A stretch of 32,000 nt of DNA, from positions 660,001 to 692,000 of the forward strand of contig NC_017039.1 in NCBI RefSeq assembly GCF_000284455.1. The letters are read 5' to 3'. A model generated the notes under the pieces. That model searched no databases. It worked only from the letters and a program-made list of their open reading frames with translations, and was not told where the DNA came from. The stretch comes from Synechocystis sp. PCC 6803 substr. PCC-P. GTDB taxonomy: Bacteria; Cyanobacteriota; Cyanobacteriia; Cyanobacteriales; Microcystaceae. The position numbers and the translations under genes are program-made. This document shows positions 17,147 to 24,661 of the stretch, in pieces; the first letter of the stretch is position 1, and the number at the start of each line of letters is the position of its first letter.

Positions 17147-18388
17147 TTACGATTGCTTTCTCTGTCCCTGGCTATGCCACCAGTGCCAACAATCCTGGGC
17201 GATCGCCCAATCTTCTTCGGTGTGGACAATCAACACCGTCACCAAGGAGTCGGAGTGAGAAATGACAGTATCCCTTGGCGATCGGTTATTCAACTCTGGA
17301 TCAAGTTTTAAACCTAGAAATTCAAAAGCTTGGCAAACATCTGCCCGCACAGTGGCGGCATTTTCCCCCACCCCGGCGGTAAACACCAACGTATCCAAAC
17401 CTTCCAAGGAAGCAATCATTTGCCCCAAACAACTCCGGAAGCGATGGATATACATGACATAAGCCAATTGAGCTTGTTCATTACCCTCTGCTTTGGCCTG
17501 CAAAATGGTACGAAGATCCGCCGACAGCCCAGAGACTCCGAGCAAACCGGATTTTTTATTGAGGGTGGTGTTAATTTCCGCCGGGGTTAACCCTTGGGTT
17601 TCTTGCAAAAAAAGTAGAATTGCCGGGTCAATGGAACCGCTCCGGGCCCCCATCATCAAGCCTTCTAGGGGAGTGAAGCCCATAGTGGTATCAATGCTGA
17701 CCCCATTTTTAATCGCCGTTAGGGAGGCACCGTTACCAATGTGGCAGGTGATGAGTTTTAAATCCGCCAAAGGTTTACCTAAAATTTCCGCAGTTTTCTG
17801 GGCACAATATTTGTGGCTAGTGCCGTGGAACCCATAGCGACGGATGCCTAAATTAGTCCAGGCTTGAGGAATGGGATATTCGGCAGCAGGGGTGGGAATG
17901 GTGCGGTGAAAAGCCGTGTCGAACACAGCGATCTGGGGCACTTCCCCCAACACCAACAGTGCGCTGATTGCTTCAATGCCCTCTAGGTGAGCAGGATTAT
18001 GGGCTGGAGCCAGGGGAATTAAGTCTGCAATGGCCTGTTGCACTTCCGGCGTGATCAAAGTGGCTTCGGCATGATCCGTTCCTCCATGGACCACTCGATG
18101 GCCCACCAGGTCAATCTCTGCCAAACTTTTCAACACTGCATCATCCCCCGTTACCAGGGTGTCCAACATTCGGGCTATACCTTGTTGGCGATCGCCAGTT
18201 TCCAGAATGATCACTTGTTTTTGGCCAGCAGTTTCCACCGTTAACCGCCCCTGATTTGCCAACACCGTCCAATCAATGAAAGCCTCCCATAAGGGCTCCG
18301 GTATCGTCTCCGGTAGGCGATCGCCAGTCAGCTCATAAAGACAACTTTTTTGACTGCTGGAACCGGCATTGAGAATCAGGAATTTCAT
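17147..18388 (-). CDS. ackA: Acetate kinase
   Basis: MKFLILNAGSSSQK, VGHRVVHGG, YGFHGTSH, ITCHIGNGASL. ATG 18388 is preferred; it overlaps the upstream stop in ATGA. Confidence 0.92.
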   Translation of the reverse strand: MKFLILNAGSSSQKSCLYELTGDRLPETIPEPLWEAFIDWTVLANQGRLTVETAGQKQVIILETGDRQQGIARMLDTLVTGDDAVLKSLAEIDLVGHRVVHGGTDHAEATLITPEVQQAIADLIPLAPAHNPAHLEGIEAISALLVLGEVPQIAVFDTAFHRTIPTPAAEYPIPQAWTNLGIRRYGFHGTSHKYCAQKTAEILGKPLADLKLITCHIGNGASLTAIKNGVSIDTTMGFTPLEGLMMGARSGSIDPAILLFLQETQGLTPAEINTTLNKKSGLLGVSGLSADLRTILQAKAEGNEQAQLAYVMYIHRFRSCLGQMIASLEGLDTLVFTAGVGENAATVRADVCQAFEFLGLKLDPELNNRSPRDTVISHSDSLVTVLIVHTEEDWAIAQDCWHWWHSQGQRKQS

Positions 18389-19125
18389 TTCAATTCGGTT
18401 TGGAAAAGTTGTTTCACTTTTTGCCAAGCATCGGCGGCCGCTTCGGCGTTATAGCTAGCCCTTTGGTCACAGAAAAAGCCATGGTCTGCGCCTGGGTAAC
18501 GGAAAATTTTATGGTTCACCTGATACTTGGTTAAAGCCTGTTCAATCTGCTCCGTATCTGCCATGGGAATGCTGGTATCTTCCAAGCCGAAGAAGGCGTA
18601 TAAAGTGCCCTGAATTTTATCGGTATAGGTAATGGGCGGTTCCGCTGTCCCTGGAGCCCAATGGGGAATACCCGCGCCGTAAAAGGAAGCCGTGGCCTTG
18701 ACTGTGGGTAAACTAGCCCCTAAATAGACAATCCAACCACCAAAACAAAAACCAATTAATCCTACTTCTTCCGGTTTAACGTTGGGTAAAGTTTGGGCGT
18801 AGGCAATGGTGGCTTCCAGATCGCTCAAAATTTCTGCACTACTAGTCTGATCTTTGAGCTTTCTACCCGCTTCAATACCTTCTGGGGTATAACCCTCTTC
18901 AAAACCTGGCGCTTGCCGTTGATAAATGGCCGGGGCGATCGCCACGTAACCTTCTTTAGCCACCCGTTCTGTCACGTCCCGGATATGGCTATTAACTCCA
19001 AAAATTTCCTGAATCACAATCACCACGGGATATTGACCCACGGCCACCGGCTCGGCCAAATAGCCTGCAATTTGCAAATTTTGGTTGGGAATGGTGACCA
19101 AGGTGGTCTTGATGTCAACAGTCAT
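18385..19125 (-). CDS. Dienelactone hydrolase family protein (carboxymethylenebutenolidase-like)
   Basis: PVVIVIQEIFGVNSHIRDV, a nucleophile-elbow region GLIGFCFGG, and the C-terminal YPGADHGF. Confidence 0.85.
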   Translation of the reverse strand: MTVDIKTTLVTIPNQNLQIAGYLAEPVAVGQYPVVIVIQEIFGVNSHIRDVTERVAKEGYVAIAPAIYQRQAPGFEEGYTPEGIEAGRKLKDQTSSAEILSDLEATIAYAQTLPNVKPEEVGLIGFCFGGWIVYLGASLPTVKATASFYGAGIPHWAPGTAEPPITYTDKIQGTLYAFFGLEDTSIPMADTEQIEQALTKYQVNHKIFRYPGADHGFFCDQRASYNAEAAADAWQKVKQLFQTELK

Positions 19126-19396
19126 AAACTACCCGGAAATAATAACTCCTAGCCTATCTCAAAATCTGTACTGAAAGCCCTGTCTGAGAACGGCGATCGC
19201 TTCTGTCGGCTACTAATTCCGCTTGTGGGCCCCATGAAAAAGCAATAGGAGAAATTTACGTCTGCTGGATTTAGGCTCCCAGAGGGAAAACATTATCTGC
19301 CAACGCCGGGAAAAACGTTAAAATCACAAATTGTAACTGTTGTTACTTAAAGGTAACCACCGTTGTGTTTTTTGCAATCTAAGGGAATTGAAAATA

Positions 19397-19612
19397 ATGT
19401 TTAAACCCAGCTTACTTTTGTCTTTGCTTGTTGTGGGCTGTTTGCTAACGGTTACCGGTTGCGGTGGTGGCAATCAGAGGGAGGAAGGTCAACCCACTCA
19501 ACAGAACATCGAACAGCAAGAAAATAACAACGGGAATGCCAATACCAATGATGATGATAATGACAATAACGACGACGATGAGGAAGATGACAACAAAGAT
19601 GGAGATGATTAA
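19397..19612 (+). CDS. Small lipoprotein with an extremely acidic D/N-rich tail (71 aa)
   Basis: The signal peptide MFKPSLLLSLLVVGCLLTVTGC has lipobox-like VVGC/VTGC. AAGGGA lies ~10 nt upstream of the ATG. The tail is NNNGNANTNDDDNDNNDDDEEDDNKDGDD. Confidence 0.6.
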   Translation: MFKPSLLLSLLVVGCLLTVTGCGGGNQREEGQPTQQNIEQQENNNGNANTNDDDNDNNDDDEEDDNKDGDD

Positions 19613-19629
19613 GGCGGTTTGATTCCAAC

Positions 19630-19773
19630 TACCCCAGTGAAGATTCTTTTCATTAGCAACGGCCACGGAGAAGACCTCAACGCCGGCCTGATCATCGATG
19701 CCCTGCAACGGTGATCGCCGGAATTTGATCTATTTGTTCTGCCTTTGGTGGGAGAAAGTAAAGCCTATCAAAA
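19630..19773 (+). pseudogene. Duplicated 5' end of the LpxB-related gene with an in-frame stop (direct repeat copy 1)
   Basis: 134 of 144 nt are identical to 20492-20635. The GTG at 19637 opens the same frame (VKILFISNGHGEDLNAGLIIDALQR), then TGA at 19712-19714 replaces the CGA of the intact copy. Confidence 0.85.
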
Positions 19774-19791
19774 GGCCCTTTGATCTAAACC

Positions 19792-20280
19792 ATGAAAAGT
19801 ACGGTTTACATTGAAACTAGTGTGATTAGCTATCTTGCGGCTCGTCCCAGTCGGGATGTCGTTGCGGCTGGACATCAACAGGTCAGCTACGAATGGTGGG
19901 ATACAGAGCGCACGAAGTTTTCCCTTTACACTTCAACTCTAGTCCTTCGGGAGGCCAGTAGCGGTAACCCAGAGGCCGCATCAGCCCGTTTAGAATGGTT
20001 GCAGGGGATTCCCGTTATTGCTATCACCCAAGAGGCTGAGGCTCTTTCTGAATATCTTATTCAAAGAGCAGCCCTTCCCCAGAAAGCAGTGGCAGACGCA
20101 TTACATATTGCAACGGCGGCTTATCACCAACTTAATTTTTTGCTTACTTGGAATTGTAAGCACATTGCCAACGCAGCTAAACGTCACCGTATTGAATGTG
20201 CCTGCCGAGAATTTGGCTTTGAGTCCCCTATCCTTTGTACCCCCGAGGAATTACTCGGAGTTAATTCTGATGTGGAATGA
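19792..20280 (+). CDS. PIN-like (VapC-type) nuclease domain protein, putative toxin
   Basis: VYIETSVISYL (acidic residue after beta1), DALHIATAA, LLTWNCKHI, and a C-terminal ILCTPEELL. This is a variant PIN pattern, with E instead of the first D. Confidence 0.55.
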   Translation: MKSTVYIETSVISYLAARPSRDVVAAGHQQVSYEWWDTERTKFSLYTSTLVLREASSGNPEAASARLEWLQGIPVIAITQEAEALSEYLIQRAALPQKAVADALHIATAAYHQLNFLLTWNCKHIANAAKRHRIECACREFGFESPILCTPEELLGVNSDVE

Positions 20281-20470
20281 CCCTATAGTTGAAGAAACAC
20301 GACGGTTACGAGACGAGTATGCGGCCAAACATGGTCACAACATCCACGCTATTGTGGCAGATCTCAAGAGTTGGCAAGAGCAAGGCTTTCCCCTTGTAGG
20401 CCAGAAAACTGAAGTGCTTCAGCCTAAACTTTTATCCTCCCTAAATCCTCACGATCAAGAGTCAGAATGA
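20270..20470 (+). CDS. Small partner protein (66 aa), putative antitoxin/regulator of the PIN-like gene
   Basis: ATG 20270 overlaps the PIN ORF end by 11 nt. MWNDPIVEETRRLRDEYAAKHGHNIHAIVADLK resembles small proteins I recall next to this PIN subtype, unverified. The longer 150-aa ORF in the track is an in-frame upstream extension inside the PIN gene. Confidence 0.45.
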   Translation: MWNDPIVEETRRLRDEYAAKHGHNIHAIVADLKSWQEQGFPLVGQKTEVLQPKLLSSLNPHDQESE

Positions 20471-20491
20471 CCAAAGTGGCTCTATCAGAAT

Positions 20492-20635
20492 TACCCCAGT
20501 GAAGATTCTTTTCATTAGCAACGGCCACGGAGAAGACCTCAACGCTGGCCTGATCATCGATGCCCTGCAACGGCGATCACCAGAATTTGAGTTATTTGCT
20601 CTGCCCTTGGTGGGGGAAGGTAAAGCCTATCAAAA
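20492..20635 (+). repeat. Direct repeat copy 2: the 5' end of the intact LpxB-related gene
   Basis: See 19630-19773. The first 54 nt are identical; 10 differences follow. Confidence 0.85.
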
Positions 20636-21674
20636 TAGGGGAATTAGCATCATTGCGCCTACCCAACCTTTACCCTCGGGAGGGATCATTTACACTGGCT
20701 TTTTAACCTGGTGGCGGGACATTGTTGGGGGTTTAGTGGGTCTAACTATTAAGCAAATTAAGGCCCTACTCAAACAAAAACATCAGTTTGACCTGATTGT
20801 GGCGATCGGGGACATTGTGCCCCTGGCTTTCGCCCGTCTAAGTGGGAAACCCTACCTAAGTTTTTTGGTGGCCAATTCCAGTTACTACGAAGGCCGGTTG
20901 TCCCTACCCTTTACCGTGACCTGGTGTTTAAAATCTCGTCATTGCCTAGGGGCGATCGCCAAAGATAATTTTACTGCCCAAGATTTAAGTCAACGGGGCA
21001 TCAACATCCGCTGGTTGGGCTATCCCATTATGGACGCTTTACAACCGACGGGACAGCAGCTACGACGGGACAGCAAAACTCTCATTGCCCTTTTGCCCGG
21101 TAGCCGGGTGCCGGAAGCGGTACATAATTTGGCTCAATTATTGCCCTTGTGTGGAGCCATTGCCCAGGAAAAAGCAGTGGATTTTTGGGCTGCCCTCGTG
21201 CCGGCAGTGACGGTGGAACATTTACAAAACCTAGCAAGGGAGCATGGTTGGCAATACCACGGCGATCGCCTGGAAAAAGATAATTGCACCATTCATTGCT
21301 CCTGGGATCAATTTGCTGACATTTTGCACCAAGCGGATTTAGTGTTGGGTATGGCGGGGACCGCGGTGGAGCAGGCCGTGGGTTTAGGCAAGCCAGTGTT
21401 GCAAATCCCTGGTCATGGTCCCCAATTTACCTATGGTTTTGCCGAAGCTCAAATGCGATTATTGGGCTGTTCCGTCACCACCGTCGGCAAAAATCCCCAG
21501 GAAGCTAATTTAATCAGTCAAGCTAGTCAGAAAGCGCTGGCAATTCTGGCGGATCAACATTATCAGCAACGCTGTCGGCACAATGGACAAGAGCGCATTG
21601 GCTCCCCCGGTGGTTCCCTGGCGATCGCCAACCACATTGCCGCAACTGCCAAAACTTTGGCTGACAAGGGGTAG
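20499..21674 (+). CDS. Lipid-A-disaccharide synthase (LpxB)-related GT-B glycosyltransferase-like protein
   Basis: KILFISNGHGEDL N-terminus, LLPGSRVPEAV (LpxB-type LLPGSR motif), GTAVEQAVGLGKP. GTG start. Confidence 0.6.
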   Translation: MKILFISNGHGEDLNAGLIIDALQRRSPEFELFALPLVGEGKAYQNRGISIIAPTQPLPSGGIIYTGFLTWWRDIVGGLVGLTIKQIKALLKQKHQFDLIVAIGDIVPLAFARLSGKPYLSFLVANSSYYEGRLSLPFTVTWCLKSRHCLGAIAKDNFTAQDLSQRGINIRWLGYPIMDALQPTGQQLRRDSKTLIALLPGSRVPEAVHNLAQLLPLCGAIAQEKAVDFWAALVPAVTVEHLQNLAREHGWQYHGDRLEKDNCTIHCSWDQFADILHQADLVLGMAGTAVEQAVGLGKPVLQIPGHGPQFTYGFAEAQMRLLGCSVTTVGKNPQEANLISQASQKALAILADQHYQQRCRHNGQERIGSPGGSLAIANHIAATAKTLADKG

Positions 21675-21808
21675 AATGCGGTCAACATAGCCGTGATTTA
21701 CTGCCACTAACTGAACAAATCAAGGAAAAGTCTTCCCTTTAACAACCCGAAAATCCCCAAGAAGATTAGGATAAAAACATCTAGGCCAATTTTAATCGTC
21801 CTCCGCGT

Positions 21809-22777
21809 ATGAGTATCTACGATCCCAACCCAGATCAGTCTCTAGCCAGAATCGACGCCCTAGAGAAGGAGTTGGCCAACCTCAAAGCCAGTCATAACAC
21901 CCTGGACATCCAAAATAAAATTCTGAAAGGCTTTATCTCCCTCACCAACGTCTCGGCGGGGCGGATGTTAATTAAGGCCACGTTGCAAAAAACCATGGAA
22001 GCCTCCATTCACCAAACGGGGGCCCAATTGGGCAGTCTTTTCTTACTAGATGGGGACGGCAGGGTCACGGAGAGTATTTTAGCCAGGGGAGCCACCGACC
22101 AAAGCCAGAAAAAGAATATTGTCGGCCAAGTGCTGGACAAGGGGCTAGCGGGTTGGGTCAGGGAAAATAAAAGAACTGGTCTCATCAACGACACCACCAA
22201 GGATTACCGTTGGCTAAAACTGCCCGACGAACCTTACCAGGCCCTGTCCGCCCTGGGGGTCCCTATTGTTTGGGGGGACGAACTGTTGGGGATTTTGACT
22301 CTGATGCATTCCCAGGTGAATCATTTCACCCCGGCCTGTGCCACTGCCATGGAAAAAACGGCAGAATTAATTGCTCTAGTCTTGAACAATGCTCGCATTC
22401 AAACCAAGCATAAGCAAAATGAAACTCTGATTCAACAGGAAGACGACTTATTAAACCAAGCTATTCTCTGGTTTCCCAGTATAATTTTTATCCTAGATAA
22501 CCAGGGAGTATTGCTCAAATGTGGGGGCAAATATTTAGCCCAGATTGGTCTTGACCCTAAGGAAAGCATTGGTAAATCAATTTATTATTTATTACCTGAG
22601 GCTAATGAACTAAAAAGCCTGACCAGCCATGCCCTAGCTAACAACATTATTGAGTCTGTGAGCGTGCAGATGGAACGAGTCGACCACGGCACTTGGTTCT
22701 ATGATGCTTGGTTTTCTCCTATCCTAGATAACCATGGCCAGGTTTCTAATGTTGTTTGTATGCTTTTACCAGCCTAA
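21809..22777 (+). CDS. GAF plus PAS-like sensor protein without an output domain
   Basis: An N-terminal coiled coil is followed by a GAF-like core (LGSLFLLDGDGRV...LAGWVRENKRTGLINDT...SALGVPIVWGDELLGILTLMH). The C-terminal ~110 aa are PAS-like (IIFILDNQGVLLKCGG...). Confidence 0.6.
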   Translation: MSIYDPNPDQSLARIDALEKELANLKASHNTLDIQNKILKGFISLTNVSAGRMLIKATLQKTMEASIHQTGAQLGSLFLLDGDGRVTESILARGATDQSQKKNIVGQVLDKGLAGWVRENKRTGLINDTTKDYRWLKLPDEPYQALSALGVPIVWGDELLGILTLMHSQVNHFTPACATAMEKTAELIALVLNNARIQTKHKQNETLIQQEDDLLNQAILWFPSIIFILDNQGVLLKCGGKYLAQIGLDPKESIGKSIYYLLPEANELKSLTSHALANNIIESVSVQMERVDHGTWFYDAWFSPILDNHGQVSNVVCMLLPA

Positions 22778-23241
22778 AACAGGGAGTAAAGATCTAGAGT
22801 AATCTTTTTCATCATTGTCTATATTTTAGTTATACTTTTGCTGCGCTTTTCTTACCATTTACGTGTATGAAACAAGGTAAACTTTCACAGCTCATTGGGG
22901 AGCTGGGATAAATAGAATTACAAGGATAAATTCTAGGAGCAAAACAGTACACATCATGAAGAGTTACCGGCGCTTGAAACAATTACTTTTCTTTACCAAT
23001 ATTGGCGATAAGTCTAAGCAAATTAGACAAAAGACTGGGGCGGGAAAAACAAAAATTTATCTAAGCATGGCGGTGTTTCTCCTCTGTCCCCTCACCCTCT
23101 GGGGCACCACCCAGAATTTTAATTTAACTATGATGGCCCTGACTACTTTTACCATAGCTTATCTGGGCAAAGGTCTGCGTCGGACTAAGCCCGGTGCTGG
23201 GGAAAATTGGCCTCATTAAATTGACGATCAACATCAAACAT

Positions 23242-24255
23242 CTATACGTAAAAAGTCACTTCTACAGTTTTATCTGGCAACTGTCGAGGATCTTCTCCCT
23301 TGGCGATCGCCGTGCGGATAGATTCCACAAAAATATGGATAGTATCGGCGGGGGTATGGTTAAAATTAGTACCGTATTTGGCGATTACTTCCTGTTGAAT
23401 GGCGAGAATCTTTAGGTCCTGGGCAATAATCCGTTTAGCGGTCCACCAAACTAAGGGAATGGCAAAGAAATTCCACATGCCATAATTGAAAGCAACGTCG
23501 GTGTAAACGAGGGTAGATTGTTCTGTTATTGGCACCGATTGACTAGTAATAAATAAATGACGTTGGGAACTAAATTTATATTCCACAGAAGTTACATTCG
23601 GCATAATAAATCGGTCAGTATGGCTAATTTCATTGCCCTGGGAATTAAGAAATTTACCCCACCAGCCCAAATTATTATTTTCGTTATAATACTCAGCTTT
23701 GACCTGGCCTTGATGGCGATCCACAATCATTTTTATGGCTTGCCGTTGGGCGGTGCGAAAAATGCCTGGGTGCACCGAAGCTGTATGGGGAATGTCGATG
23801 AAATTCTCCACGCAGTTGGTGACATTATTAGCAAATCGATGGATTAGTCTGATTCTCTGCCAACCTTTTTTACCATACTGGGGTAACGCAAAAGGGGGTT
23901 GTATCGGTTCCCCTAAACAGACATAAATAAAGCCTTCCTGCTCCATTGTTGGGTAACATTTCGTCCGTAAATTTTCCCTTGGTTTAAACTGTTGATCTTC
24001 CGCTGGCACACCAATGACTTGACCACGATGATCATAAATCCAACCGTGGTAAGGACAGTGAAGATTTCCTTGCTTGATTAAACCACAGGAAAGGCGACTG
24101 TGGCGATGGACACAACGATCTTCCAAGGCGATCGCCATACCATGCTGGTCTCGAAAAATTGCTAGCCATTGCCCCAAAATTTGCCGAGCTAAAACTTTAC
24201 CAGGCTTCAAATTCCTACTTTCAGCCACCACATACCAAAAATCTTCAAATTTCAT
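23242..24255 (-). CDS. Rieske [2Fe-2S] non-heme iron oxygenase (alpha-subunit type)
   Basis: Rieske motif CVHRHSRLSCG...HCPYHGW and mononuclear iron motif ENFIDIPHTASVH. ATG 24255 is preferred; the track start at 24279 is a TTG. Confidence 0.85.
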   Translation of the reverse strand: MKFEDFWYVVAESRNLKPGKVLARQILGQWLAIFRDQHGMAIALEDRCVHRHSRLSCGLIKQGNLHCPYHGWIYDHRGQVIGVPAEDQQFKPRENLRTKCYPTMEQEGFIYVCLGEPIQPPFALPQYGKKGWQRIRLIHRFANNVTNCVENFIDIPHTASVHPGIFRTAQRQAIKMIVDRHQGQVKAEYYNENNNLGWWGKFLNSQGNEISHTDRFIMPNVTSVEYKFSSQRHLFITSQSVPITEQSTLVYTDVAFNYGMWNFFAIPLVWWTAKRIIAQDLKILAIQQEVIAKYGTNFNHTPADTIHIFVESIRTAIAKGEDPRQLPDKTVEVTFYV

Positions 24256-24541
24256 CACTTTGATAAGCTCTAATGGCAATATCTCCTGTTAACTTAATTT
24301 GACAAGCCAATCTAGCCTGAACATCATCAGGAGCCAGAATAGCCAAAATTTCCCTTTCCTCGGCCTCTGGGGAGAGGATTTCCCCCACGACTTTCACTAG
24401 ACAGGTACCACATAATCCTGTGCGACAACCGAATAAAATTGGCGAATTGTCTGGGGTTAAATATTCCGCTAGACAAGCGTTAAATTCTAGTGATAGGGGC
24501 AAAAATTTAGTTTGAGGAAAAGAAATTACGCAATTATTCAT
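24245..24541 (-). CDS. Plant-type [2Fe-2S] ferredoxin-like protein (98 aa)
   Basis: CRTGLCGTCLVKV (C-x4-C-x2-C) plus a distal LACQ cysteine. ATG 24541 is preferred. The gene overlaps the Rieske gene start by 11 nt. Confidence 0.75.
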   Translation of the reverse strand: MNNCVISFPQTKFLPLSLEFNACLAEYLTPDNSPILFGCRTGLCGTCLVKVVGEILSPEAEEREILAILAPDDVQARLACQIKLTGDIAIRAYQSDEI

Positions 24542-24551
24542 AATTTTCAAG

Positions 24552-24567
24552 GTCGGCGATCGCCGAC
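24552..24567. repeat. 16-bp perfect palindrome, an extended HIP1 (GTCGGCGATCGCCGAC)
   Basis: Read directly from the sequence. It lies 11-26 nt upstream of the ferredoxin ATG, in the 120-nt gap after the CheA-like gene. Confidence 0.9.
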
Positions 24568-24661
24568 ATAGAACAATACCGATAATTGTCCGATGGAACC
24601 TAAGCAAACATCACGGCAATGGGGGATCAAAAAACTGAAAGGAAATGCTTTTTAGGAGTGA

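Noticed and set aside
20018-20269. Upstream part of the 150-aa ORF (20018-20470) overlapping the PIN-like gene
   Set aside because: It is an out-of-frame overlap with the PIN gene. Only the portion from ATG 20270 onward is non-overlapping and looks like a real small protein.
22788-22807. Hairpin AAAGAT-N8-ATCTTT followed by T residues after the GAF-PAS gene, as a possible intrinsic terminator
   Set aside because: The stem is only 6 bp, is AT-rich, and is followed by a short T run. It is too weak to call.
22956-23219. 87-aa ORF in the AT-rich spacer between the GAF-PAS gene and the Rieske gene
   Set aside because: It has no Shine-Dalgarno sequence, no motif and a basic low-complexity N-terminus. 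The hydrophobic C-terminal half could be a small membrane peptide, but that is unsupported.
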